A program made the translations under genes and the position numbers. 64,000 bases of DNA. It comes from Phoronis australis (Eukaryota > Animalia > Phoronida). The notes under the pieces are model-generated. The model did no database searches. It worked only from the letters and a program-made list of their open reading frames with translations, and had not been told where the DNA came from. The stretch is taken from positions 279,921 to 343,920 of the forward strand of contig NMRA01000185.1 of NCBI GenBank assembly GCA_002633005.1, written 5' to 3'. Of the stretch, positions 34,301 through 47,500 are shown in pieces. Each line of letters opens with the position of its first letter. Position 1 is the first letter of the stretch.

Positions 34301-36399
34301 TTGTGCATGTATACGGTTTTAAAGGTCACTAATGTCTTTGTATTCTCTTGCAAATAATACATTTCAATGTGGTACTCATCCTTATACAGTGTGCTCTTGA
34401 CCTTGAAAACCGGTGGCAAAATTTTGAGAAATAAAATGGGTTACCGATACCCTTGTATCTGCGTGACTAAAGTATATTGAGTAAAAATGAACATAAAAAG
34501 GCGAGGAGGTATAGAAATTTGAACTAAGAGTGCGTCATGCACTCAAATTTCATGAAAAATCAAAATCAAGAACCAAAACTGTAATTGAAATTTAACTTAT
34601 ATGTAATTCGTGCAGTACCTTCGTTTTTAAAAGTATAACAGGGGTGTACGAGACACGCTTTGGACTACACAGAAAATGCCTTGCAGTGAAGTTGAATGAG
34701 AACACAGTTCGTACATGTCATTTGTGTACATATACAATTTCAGAGAGTAATGTATTTTCGTGATGGAGGTTTTTCAGCGCATGGGGACGTCGAAATGAAA
34801 GTAGAGTACAATTTGGAATTCCCAATTCCTTCTGAAATATTTGTTTTAATATGCTAAGATATTTTGAACAGCACGTAATCTATGCAACACACCTCGAGGC
34901 GTGGCTTAACTAGAATAGAAGTACCTAGTAATTGTCCACTTCAGTACAAGTCCGCGTTTGTCATTGTCTCCAAATGACAAGTCCTGACGGTTATATACCC
35001 ACATAGGTATGATAGTTTTGATATACGTTTGCCATGACACGCTTATAGCAAAAAGTCGCAAAGCACCCACTGATAAGAAAAATTGTGTATTATATACATT
35101 GCTGCCTCGTATAACCTGCTTTTTGGAAAACTTTAGTGTTTTCTTTATAAGTATTCACTAAGAACAAAAAACTTCACTAAAAACTACATGCAGCATTCTA
35201 TAATAAATTCCAAACATTACTTACCAAATCACAATTTTTAGAACATTGACATGATTGCCTAGAATTCCTGAGGAGGTATTTCTACCTGACCACTTGACAG
35301 AGCTTTAGTCCTAGAACACCATAGTTTTCGTTGGTTTGTCGTTCAAAAATCATAGGATCTGAGTTTTGCTCAGTTGTCTTCATCAATTCGACCTGTTTAG
35401 TTCATCAAAATAATGTGCAATTTGAGCTGCATGCCGCCCGTAGCCAGGCACTGTAAAATATGTGATGGTATGTCTCGTCTATCGGCTGTTGGTTGAAAAC
35501 AAACAAAAAGGACACTTTTCATTTTTTTATTGTTTAGTCATAGAGCAAACTGATCAAAAATATGATTGAAAATTACCTGCACCCCGCAAACTAGCCCTCA
35601 GACACCTCAACAATGGCAAAAAATCAGTTACACAAAAACGGACAAAATTTACCGAATTTTGGCACTCCAGTGAAGGTTAACGGATTGAAAATTCAAAGGC
35701 TGTCTTCTGATAGAAAGGTTCAATGTCTACATAAACATTATAAAGATGTTTTTCTTTCCCGTTCTTTTAAGCCGCTTTAAAACAACTTCGCAAATTGAAA
35801 ATTTTTGAACCAAAATTGGCTATAGTCATGATGCTTTAACAGTCCAAAAATTCAAACATTTTGAGCATGTCCAACCACGATGTATGTATGTATGTAATTT
35901 TTTTTCAAGAACTGAGTCGCTGAACCTAGATTCGACCTTTTGGGGCTCTGGTGGAATGACCATTAAAGAGCTCCAAACATTTTCCTAGTTTTTGAGGTTT
36001 CAGTAAGCTAATATGAAATAAATACCATAAAATGTAACTAAATAAGCACCATTAAGGCCAATTTTGAAGAATTTCCAAGTTTCCCTCCAAATGTGGTAAT
36101 GGGTGGAAGACGTTTGGTCATTTGACGATCAACTACAATGACGGAACACAGCAGATCAGAAGAAAAGCTAGAACTGGACAATTAGTATGCAGACTGAGAA
36201 CAGAATGGACACGGGCATCACTCTCCAGTACTTGAAGAATCATACAATGAATTCGATTTCCTACTTAGCGAACTTTCACGAGGTTTGAGGCCGTGTGCGT
36301 GTGATAGCGACCCACTTGCCCAAGAAATGCTGCAGGCATATGTGACCTATAACCAACTGAACCAAGGAGTTGTCAATATTCACGAAATAGACACCTAGA

Positions 36400-36670
36400 A
36401 TGCCGGGAATTTCTTCATTATTTAAGGTGGCGAGTTTTTCATCCCAACACCGCTTTTTTGTTTGGTCGAAGCACGATGTTCCTTGAAACGTGCCGAACAA
36501 AGTTAAGCTCCTGACTGAATCCCACGTTCCACACTGACTTTCCACATTCTCGTGCGGCACACAAACCGATGCCATTTCTGTGGAAATTTCTCGTATTTAG
36601 GAAATTTGAACACTGAGACGTTGTCAGTCAAGTTGCTTTTACTACAGTCTCCACAAACGAAACTTTTCGT
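36400..36670 (-). pseudogene. THAP-domain remnant of a DNA transposon
   Basis: CGDCSKSNLTDNVSVFKFPKYEKFPQKWHRFV.R..W matches the THAP pattern (C-x-C, FP, W). Downstream frameshifted LNNEEIPGI resembles the L..AVPTIF box. Confidence 0.65.
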
Positions 36671-39600
36671 ATTTGAAAAAGCGAGCTCTAAGAGGACTAT
36701 CCTCACAACTCCTCGATACCGTACTGGTAAAAACAACAACGGCGGAGACGGTCTTCTACCCATTACGTACAACCTCGTCAACAAAAAAATGTTTGTTTTT
36801 GAATTTTTGGCTTGTTACTTAGCAACAGGTATACTAAAGGCTATTAAATCTCTTAAGATGTATTAATTAAATTCTTTTTGAGGCACAGGGTCATGGTAGG
36901 AACTTGTCAAGCAGTTGAATCTCTGAATACTTAAATACCTTTTCTTGAAGATCCTTGTCCTTACTTCTTCGATGTGATAAATTTAATTTTTTTTTCAGAA
37001 ATTAAACAAAGTTTTTAAACTTCGCAATTTGCACAGGCGTTTTCGTTACTGCCATTCGTTATTTGGTAGCAGAAGATTCTGTTTTCGTTATCCTTTGAAA
37101 TAAAAGGTGCTCGCGTACTTGTCGTCAATTCTGATTGAAAGCGTCATAAAAATTATTCTGCTTTTGAATTCAAAAACATCAATTTTCAATGATTTAAATC
37201 TTAACTGTTGCATAAATGCCGGTACTGCAGCAAATTTCAGAGGCGATATAAAATTTAATATTACTTGAGATATTAAGCAAAAATGTGTCAGAAATGTGAC
37301 AACTAAATTTCTCCTCACCAAGCCCTAAATGGCTAAACCGATCAGCGCCATTTTGAGGGTTGGGGACAAGGCTGCATGTAAAAGGGTAACAAACCGGCAG
37401 CTTTGGTCTGTTCACGGATCTCGACTTCTCTTTGACTACGAAATCGGTGGTTTTGTTACCCTGTTACCGTCGTCAACTTTCAAAAGTTTAGAGCAAGATT
37501 GAAAATTCCAGACGAAGTCTGCAAACTCGCCAGCGTGTCCAAGGGTTTTGAAACGGAGCATAGAAACCTTCCCCTGGAATGTCAGTTTCGATCTCGCGCC
37601 ATTGAGTTTGCGCTGCGCATGCTTAGCATTTGTTTGCATTCGTTTTCCGGGGTTGATTATTTCAATGGGATTTACTGTCACTAAATCCTTTTCAACTCAG
37701 CCGTTTATTTCTCAACCGAATTGCATTAGAGTCATTTAATTGGAAAAAAACCTTCACCAGTTCTTGATGGTCTGTGCATGATTATAGCAGAAGCACACGA
37801 TGAATAATTCAATTCATAAACAATCATTTCTACCCTATCAAAACAAAGATTTTAGAATATGGATTCCTCACAGTTGTGAAGAATTTAGACATGCAAAATT
37901 CCAACATGATTATACATCTTTATATATTAATTGGATCTATGGTACGGTTTAATAAAGTTTTTCAGTAAAAAATCAGGATGCAATGACATTTACATAAATG
38001 TAGTAAGCTATTTACTCCAACCTATCCGCAATTTGCTGTGAATATCTCGTTACGTTGCAGTGTAGGACATAGGTTGCAGTTATTGAAATACAGGAAAATC
38101 TCAATCAATCCTCTTCAAAACAGCGAAGTCCATTAGGTAATTAAATCCATTCTGAAAATAGTCATCTAGGAATTCAGAGTTGCCGTAAATTTTCACGCCG
38201 TGTGTGATGAAATTCGATCAGCTCAATATCATTTTCCGTACCGGTACTAGAAACTCGGGTACCCAATTCTGAGACAGCTTTTTGACAGTGTATTAGGGAC
38301 CTAGGATCCGCAATCTTTCAAAGTACACCCCTTCAATACGTGACCTTTTCCCAAACTGGACCCAATGAAGTGAATCTTAACCTTTGACCTGGTTTTCACT
38401 TTTAGGGAGAGAAGTGTAGGACCCTCGAAAAATGGCCAAATTCGGAAAAATTTGGATCATCATATCTCAGAAATGGCCGATCCAATTCACATGAAACTTT
38501 CAGACACCACACTTCCGCACTATCATTTAAAACACTCTATTGATATTGTTTTTGAATGTTTCCACTTTTGCAAATTTTACTAAAAGCACATGGTCACGTA
38601 ATCCTACCGATAGCAGATTGGGGGTAACGTCAAAATCAAATTTTATAGGTTTTCTACTTTCAGTAAACACATAAATTAAGTGAGTTAAAGGGTACAGGTT
38701 TGCAGATATTTCGCCAAATATACAGCAGAACGCTTTTCTCCACCAAATTGAAGCAAAATCATACAATTAGAATTTTTGCGGTTTTTTGGAGTGCCGTGTT
38801 GATGTTAGAAGAAATTTTGATAATTTAGTTGCTCTTATGCGACAGTTTACAAGTAATATAATTTCAATTCCAAACACCTACTGCTTGTATTTACAAGTTA
38901 ATCCAAGCTATCAAATAATTCAAGCCTCTTTATGGATTGATTAGCTGAAAGAATTAATTAATTCACTATTTGATTGAATTAATAAGTACTGACAATCATG
39001 TAAACATGACTCGTTTGCCTCAAACTTCGTTGAAGTTTTTTGGTCTGTGCTACGTTGAATCTTGCTGACTGTACACGATGAGGTTTACAAATTATAAATC
39101 TATATGCATGTCGCACTCATTGATTTTTTAAAGCTCAAGTTTTTCAATTGTGATATGTGACCCCGAAGGGTATTTATTTAATCTGTCCCACAAGGAGTAA
39201 CTACCCAGCAGTTAGTGAGATAACGGGCTTCCTTGTGCCTGGCAATCCATCGCGTATATGGATGCTTACGCGTTACTGTTTCAGGGTTACATAGGTCAAA
39301 CTGCTTGCTCTGTATATGGACATCCTAAAAGCACTTCAAACTAATCATTTGGACAATGAATGACACTTTCGAACAAATATTGGCATAATTACTCCATTTT
39401 GTTTGTTAAGTCCATTTTTGGGAACAGCAAGCATAGTGATACATACGGCATTGTGTAGATCGGTTCGCTTCGTCAGGGAGCGACGCCAAAGTTATGATTG
39501 ATTAGAAGGATGTTTTGATGATTTTCACGAATCCTCGTTCTATCACCTGCTAATTCATCATTGGCGTCAGTCTTCCAAGTTAAAGGCAGGAATCAATTTA

Positions 39601-40647
39601 AAACCTTTTACTCCTTATGTCACAGATTGAAAATTTTGGTTCTTGGTGAGTGGTCTTTTCCCACAGTTGCCGAATAATTCACTTAAAGCGCAGGTCACGC
39701 TTGCCCGTTTAGCAGACCTAAAAAGTTTCCAAACTTTCCTCCAAACTTGTAAGGGTTGTCAAGGGTCAGAGAGTATTATTTTGTTTCAAAGAGCTGGATG
39801 GCGTAGAGTCGTTTTTTGTATGTGTTAATAGATCGAAGCGGGTTTGGTATTCTATTAACAATGCAATGACCCGGGGAAACTCTGGCTGGGGGTTACGGTG
39901 TCCGTTTGTCATATTGAGGCTCAAAAGCGATGCGAAAATAGGGAGTAATCACTTTCAGGGGTCCCGAATTTTGAGAACCAGTTTCATGCGCGTGAAGATT
40001 TCAAAATACGGGACCCCTTTAATCTATTATAACCCGAAAAGAATTTTGGTGAAGGAAGAACCAAGATTTAACTTATATTAGATTTAGTTGATTAATTTGC
40101 AGTTTTGTATACAAAATACAAAGCATTCTGTATGAAAATCTTAAACAAATATGGACATTATATACTAATACTGACATCTCTTTCCCAACCGCATCAATGC
40201 AGAAACTAGCTGTTTAATATTGAGTGCACGTGGCGCCTTGCGGGTGCATGCAATCCAGTCTTGCCTCGAGTGAAATGTCGTATGGTCGTGGACGGCTTGA
40301 GTTGCCATAAGGCGGTCGCCAAAGGACGACTAAATCCGGTTGACTCCGAAATGAAACAACACTCGAGGGCTAAATGAATTTTGTGTTCAGTAAAATCTAC
40401 TACTCGAATTGCAATTTTCATCGATGTTTGGCAACACGCGGTATTGCGACGTCCTTCCTGTTTGGTGTTGCTGGGAATAAAGACTTTTTGAGCACTGGCA
40501 CGACTCTCGCCAGCCGAACCCCATCCCGTCCCAAGCTGGTTGCATTCGTGTAAGAACCATATCCCGCATTATTTTGCTCGTATCAAATGGAATTATTTTT
40601 AAGTAAGCAACCGTAGCGCCTTCTCGACTTTAAAAAACACAGACCAG

Positions 40648-40881
40648 GGGGCTTAAGTTCAATTTTTACTTAAGTCTAAGATTTGTCTAAACTTCCAAAC
40701 TTTGAAACTTCCTCATCCTGTAAGTTAGTCAAAATTAAGTCATAACTTATGTCAAACACTTTTAAGTCAAACTTAAGATGTCTTTCTTGAAATGGTTTTT
40801 GAAACAAATTTAACTTTTATTTTAAAATGTACTAAAACTTAAGAGTTGTCTTAGCTAAGTCAGTTTTGTTGGAAGGAGCCC
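40648..40881. mobile_element. PIF/Harbinger-like MITE, decayed copy
   Basis: Colinear with 59761-59985 (AACTTCCAAACTTTGAAACTTCC, GTCTTAGCTAAGTCAGTTT). Confidence 0.75.
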
Positions 40882-41465
40882 CGGAACCACCACTATTTTG
40901 CCAAATCGAATAAATTTTGTGATTGTAGGATTTAATCAAAGTGTCGTTAGAAATTGATGAATAAACTTCGAATTCCATGCAGCTATCTCGATCATTCGAC
41001 TCAAAACAGCAAAGACGATAAGACGATAAAGCATTTTTCAAATCTGAAGTGAATCTTTAAAGAGGAACTCCTTGCCGTATTGATCGGAGGAAAATGCCTC
41101 AGTTTGAACAACTATAAAACCCAGGTGTGCATCAGTGTCTGTAACGATATTCGATGCACTCCACTAAGAGAATGTAGTTAACTGGATGTGTTCCAAGAAC
41201 AGGTTAATCAGGAGCCAAAAGCTAGTTATGCAGAGATGTTACGAGTTTGTGATTTTGTGTTTACTTTACCGAGTAATAGCGAATCAGTGCCCAATATTGG
41301 TCGATGCACTCACGATAACTGTAACAAGAAAACGGGTTCGCCGAAAAAAAAACAACAAAAAGCAGTGCAGGTGACCTGATGTCATTTTACGGTTCATCAG
41401 ACGTGCGCGGGTCTCATGACTAGGCCCATTGCACCAAACACTGAGCTAAAAACACAAGAATCCAG

Positions 41466-42010
41466 TTATGGTTCTTCATGAAGGAAGTTCTCAAGTTTGC
41501 CAACTGTCTTCTTTAAGAAAACGGACAGGCTTTTCCATTTGTTGCCATGCACTGTATGTTCTAGGCATGTAACAGTGTCATCCAGTAGGCTGCTCCTTAG
41601 CTTATTAAAAGCTGGGCAAGACTCTACGAGGAGTTTAGGGGTTTCAACGTCAGTACCACACTGGGGACACACTGAGCTCCCCGTATGCCCAGTAATGTGT
41701 CTGTGTCGGGCTAGGTTATAGTGACCCGTCAAAATTTGAATGGCGTGTCTTATGCCCAATCTATCAAGACTCAGAAGTTTTTTTTTTTTAACCTTTTGGT
41801 TTGATCACGTTGAGAAAATTCTCCTTGGTATCTGTTAAGGGATGCCCACTGGGCTTCTAACTGGGTCTGTACCCAGTTGTGTATATTCATCCTGCAGCAT
41901 CCGGAGGATACCGGGATAGCAGGTTCAGGTACACAATACAGAAAAGCAGTTTTGGCAGAATGTACCCAATTTCCATTCGTTAACCAAGTTCTCATCTCGG
42001 AGGTGTCCAC
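41466..42010 (-). mobile_element. 3' remnant of a non-LTR retrotransposon ORF2 (post-RNase H region and zinc knuckle)
   Basis: LTGHYNLARHRHITG...CPQCGTDVETPKLLVESCPAF, a typical LTGH...CxxC...ET..H...CP C-terminus; frameshifted. Confidence 0.8.
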
Positions 42011-42201
42011 ACTTGGCGACTATAAATTGTTACGGCTTAGCATGCGTGTCACGGCGGGTGAGCAACGAGTCAGCAACTGGGACTAGTCGTCGCTCAACGT
42101 TTGTGTTCCAGACAAATCAAGACAGGGTTTTATTCGACGTAACTGTGCAGGACAGCCGTGTCGCCGCCGGTTTTTGGGCACTTGTATAGTTGTCAAACCA
42201 T

Positions 42202-42457
42202 TGAACGTTACGCACGTAAATTACGGGTGTAAGTTAAATCTTGTTAGAGGTGTTAAGTGATTATTTGCGGCGTTAGCTAATTATTTGCAGTGTAACGAGA
42301 CTTTTAACAGCATGAAATAATTATTTTGCGGTGTTAAGTAACTTTTAACGGCATAAAGTAATTATTTGTGGTGTAAAGTAATTTTTCTACGCAAATAAAT
42401 ACTTTACACCTCTAACATGAATTAACTTACGCACGTAATTTAGGTACGTAACGTTCA
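42202..42457. mobile_element. MITE with ~50-bp TIRs and internal ~20-bp tandem units
   Basis: TGAACGTTACGCACGTAAATTACG...GTTAGAGGTGT is inverted at the right end; internal TAATTATTTGCGG.GTTAAG units. Confidence 0.8.
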
Positions 42458-44317
42458 CCAATTTGGCAAACGATACACTTAGAGGCACAGCCGTGAGGGG
42501 CGGGGGGAAGAGTTGGGCTCACCTCAAACGTTAGAGCTCTCCTACTGGTCCCGTGAAACTCGAGACAACCTACATTTACAACTTGATCTATTGTTGGTCT
42601 TTTGATAGCAAGTTTTCTGTGGGCGTTTACTCTTTCTTGAAGGAACTGCTGTAGAAACAAAATAAAGTAATTCTTCAAAATGTACGTATATTTTACAAGT
42701 TATTCCAATATACAACTTCATCACTCGAGTATCCATCCATTACCACAACTGAGATATCATACAGTGTGAGAACCTCCGAGGCAATTTGCAACGGAACTAC
42801 TATTGAACCTAAAACCATAGTTATGGCTTATTCCAAAGCCAAGAAGCCCTTTCTCTCATGTAGTCTATTGCAAATGCCCTTGAACTTGCAAAATCAGAGT
42901 TGACAACAATTTTTTTCATTAATATTATAATTACAACAACGATACACGCACGCTCACACACAATAAACACTCAAATCAATAATTCATTTCTGCATAATTC
43001 GCAAATAGTCACCTTGACTTTATTTTCTTATGCCGACAAAGAGACTATTTTTCGTGAGCATAAGTTTTTACCCTCTTCGATTGTGCAATGACATTTAAAT
43101 TTGTGTTTTTGAATAAATCATCATTTTCCGGTAATAAAAAATTAGGTTTACAAAAAATCGTAACAGTCGAGGCCACTGTAATTTTCAATCTGTGAGCCCG
43201 GGGCATATATTCGGCAACTGAAATTTTCGACGGGGCAAAGTTTAAATGCAATCATTCATATAGGCATTTATAAAAATGCGTAGGATTTTTTAGACAATAT
43301 GCCGTAACAGTATATTCTTAGAAAATAAACCGTCACGTACCAGTTTGTTTGTTATCGTCCTCTAGTGGATTAACCCCCAATGGCGTATAAAGTGAAAATC
43401 TTCAACATCAGTCAATGGGCGATAAGCCAAACGTGGGCGTTCACCTGAACTTCCAGTTTTGAGTTAACGACCAAGGGGTTGGATTGAATAGCCCACTTCA
43501 CGTTCCATTTACAAAGACCCGACGAAACGTATAGACAGCGCGCTGCTTGTCAATTCAAGCCACGCGAAAAACGTGGACTGAAGTGAGCAGTCACGAAGGA
43601 ATGACGTTTTCAAAGATCCGACAGTCAATTAAGGGTTTGCGCATAATCCTGGGGAACGGGCGTTTAGCCGGACATAGCTGTTTGCCCGGATGATTACGAT
43701 AAATAGTGACTTAAATTTGTGGACAAAGTTTTGGTTCCACTCCGGCTGAGCTTATTTACGAAGTTCCCTGGTACCATAGTGCTGGTATTCAAATGAAAGT
43801 ATGATACTTATTTAGGGAAGAATTATCCTAATTTTCTGAACACAAACATTTCCACTATACGTATAAATATATATCTAGTTTTGTATAAACAAACATTTCC
43901 ACAATCTTGCCAGGCAAATCATTTGTCAGCTTCACTGCTATGTTCTCTTGAATACACAACTGGTTTTAACGCACTCACGCGACGACTGTACGGAAATACT
44001 CGAAAGAAGACGACCGTCGGACAACTGTTCGTGTTGAACAACGTTCTCAATTAACACTTCCTCAAGTATAATTAATAAATCCGAATGTTTACTCGACTAT
44101 AGCACGTGCCAGCGCGCTGGGTAATGATAAGTAATCACAGAACAGCGAATAAAGGCCTGTTGAAATCAGGTTTCCTTTCTCACTGCAGAACAAAATCGCA
44201 CTGCTTTAAAAACTTATTTTCATCCACCAGTAGTGTCCAATTTAGTGCTTAATAGGAAATTCTCGATTCACCGAAATCCATACACAACACTGTATCTCTA
44301 TTTACCTACATTGTAGG

Positions 44318-44505
44318 TCACTGAGGTTGGTTTACCGACGGTAAAAGATGGTACACTGTTGTTTCCCACTGGCTAAGGTCATCGCCGGGATCCGCTGGGT
44401 GCCGCTGCTTGTACGACACCAAATAGTCGTAGTAGACATCTACGCAGGAATCTGGACCGTATTGAATGTCGTCGATTAGACATTGAGATTGTCTTGTTAG
44501 AAAAG
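44318..44505 (-). CDS. Last exon of putative prepropeptide gene (FLTRQSQCLIDDIQYGPDSCVDVYYDYL...)
   Basis: ttctccacag acceptor, phase 1, open to TGA. Confidence 0.58.
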
Positions 44506-47500
44506 CTGTGGAGAAAATCATACAGTGGTTTTATGTTGCAGCAATCAGGATTTGGAATCACATGAGTTACTGTGTGACAGTTACGATTGTATAGATAGGC
44601 CTACTCCTTATAGTTGACCCCAAAACAACTGTAACCAGCGGGTTTCAACGACTGGAGAGACCCTGTGTTCAGTGCCTCCTCACGAAACCTAAATAGAATA
44701 AAAAATTGGGTCGTTGTGACGCAAAGTTATGTGTTGTGGGATCAGCACTTTACTTACTTCTAATGATTCTTTTAATATCTTCTGGCGACAGACGTCGCTT
44801 CGGAAGTGAGTCATTTTCTTCGCTGGTGTGCCAGTTACCGTACCTCGTGATCGGATCTCTGTCTGATCCATGGTTCGTGTGGAGTAGTAAATGAGAAATT
44901 TTAGCGTGATCTGCAACCAAAAAAAAACCCAGTTTTTTTCTGTAGACAGAAGCTTGTTAGTTTATCACAATAGTCTATCTAGAACACTTGTCAAACTGAG
45001 TCGGACTGTACGCAACCTGAAATGCACTGCACGTGCGCTGACTACATAGGCCTATATCATATATATAGTATATGTCTTGCACGTTGCAGAAAACGTCTGG
45101 TTTGAAACTCACGAAGACCCTCTTACTCCGTATAAATACCGGTAGTAACCACGATCTTTCTGAAAGAGGTTGCAGATGTCTGCAGCCCTGTAGGCCACAT
45201 TTGTCTGCTATTGAAGTTTGTATTTGAACCAAGCAATGAGCAATATCTTTATTTAGCTCATTGAACCAAGTTACTGCCCACAGCCACTGCGTCCATTTGT
45301 ACATGTACATGTATCTCCAGAAGGATCATTGACTCCCAAATAGTCAGTGGGCCTTCGACTGTAGGAGAGCGTTTCTTCAGTACTCACATGGTAATTTATA
45401 TGACAAAAGGCATTCCTAATTCCCTACTTAAAAAGCTCCAAGTTTAAGTTGCACGTATTCTTTACAAAATGGAGTTCATACAGATAAACCTGTCACCATA
45501 CTGTCACAGATGATGACCATCAGAGAGCATTAGCCAATCACAAGCTGCGAAACCCATTTGTGCTACTCGAGGTAAATGACAGATTGTACATCTACTTCGG
45601 GGACCACTTGGCTGACAGAAAGTTTCATTAAAACGGTTTACTACTAAGTTAGCAAGATTGCCGATCTTAAATAAAGTCATAAAAAGACGGACGTCAAAAA
45701 TGTGTTTGCATACAAAACATGCGTCAAAGTATTTTTCGAAATGTTTCCAGTGCCTAATAGCATCAAACAGTCCCAAATAGGAAATCAACTAAATCCGTTA
45801 AATGTAAACCTAAATCTAAATCTATTTGTGTCGTTCTTAACTCACAGACCTAATATCTTACGTCATGTCCTGTTGAAATAATTTTCTTAAAATACCACTA
45901 CAACTGAGCCCTTAGTTCAATGAACATCAATGGAGGTCTGGGCCTTAAATTAGAGGCGCAACATAAAAAGACCCGTAATTATTTTCAAAAATAGTGTACA
46001 TTCAATGTTGAGTTCATTCTCGATTTGTATCAAAGCAAAAACGGAATTGATAATTAAACTAAAACAGTATAAGAAAGGGACCGTAGTTGAGCCCGTAGTT
46101 CGAAATTGTTAAAATTTAACCAGTCGAGGGCATCATACTGAGATTACATTTTAATAAAGCTGGTTTCCGCTAAAATTCAAAAAGCAAAGATTATCTTTAG
46201 TTTGTTTGTGAGCAGTGTAATCAAAATTACATTGTTCTTGATTTGATTTATTAAAAAATAGCATTTAAAAATAAAATTTGAATAACATAAAATACTGGGT
46301 GGAAAATACAAAAGTAAGGTTGATTGGCTCCACGTTGGGAATTTCTTGTGTTTTCCATATCTTTTAAGGTAATCAGCGTGTGACTAACGCAATACATTTT
46401 AATCGCTTGGTGTAACTTCTGTAGCGGGTACCATGCGCGAACCCAGGGGGGGGGGCTCGTGGGCTCGAACGAGCCTCCCCCCATTTGGCTAACATTTGGC
46501 GAAGTGGGGGAAATGGTCCGCCCCTGAGAGAAAAAATGTCCGAGGAAATGGGACAAAAGTCCAGTGAATAAGCGCAAACGCGCAATTCACACTCGTGCTC
46601 CCGTTTTTTTTTAGTCCCCCCGCCTCTTATGTTAGCAAAAGCTCCATAACGTCAGGAATTCGAGCCCCCCATTTTGAAGGCTGGGTGCGCGCATGAGTAC
46701 AGGTATCAGACGAACGCTGTTTAACGGAACTACATCTCATTCAGCTTTTATCAAATCACAGATTTCTGTCTGTGCACATTGCACTCAAACCCTTTAAAAA
46801 GCGCCATTTATTATCAAAACTGCCGTTAATCAGAATTTCATTAAAAACATCTTCCTTGTACTTTTAAGTCGGTATACGTGAGAATCTGGCAAGTAATGTA
46901 ATGTGATCACGTACTTTGTCTGTAATGCATGTCACGCTAAACTTGGCGTTTTCGAAAGTGTATTGCGTCTATTTTTTATTACAAGGGTTCATGAATAATC
47001 AATAAGGGTAGCCGTTTAATGTGATTATGAAGCTTCCGTCAAATTAATCAAAATTGCATCATAAGGATAATTTGAGAAGCGCGCACCGCGTCATCGGCTC
47101 ATGCAATTTCTCATTGACGCACTGAAAATGTTCAGCTCGGGCCAAAGGACGCATTAAAATTGTCAAATTTGATGTACACTGTAACTAGCATTACTATAAT
47201 GACACCGGTAATTTGAACAAGCTGAATACAAACGCGTAAACAACATTTTCAAACTAGTACGAGAACGCTGGCGGATGGCGCTGTAACATTGAGTGGTATC
47301 AAGCAAAATAGAAGTCATATCGAAAATTATGTCACAGGGTCACAAACCTAATTTTGAACATGAGACTTTACTGACAGTCCGGGCCCCCGGCCTTATCCGG
47401 TCCCTACTAGGCTTAAGTCTTCTTACTCTTTCGGTAAATCAGCCGCTATGCTTAGCATAGTTTGGAAATGTTATTTGTTTGGTTTATTCAGGTGCAGTTA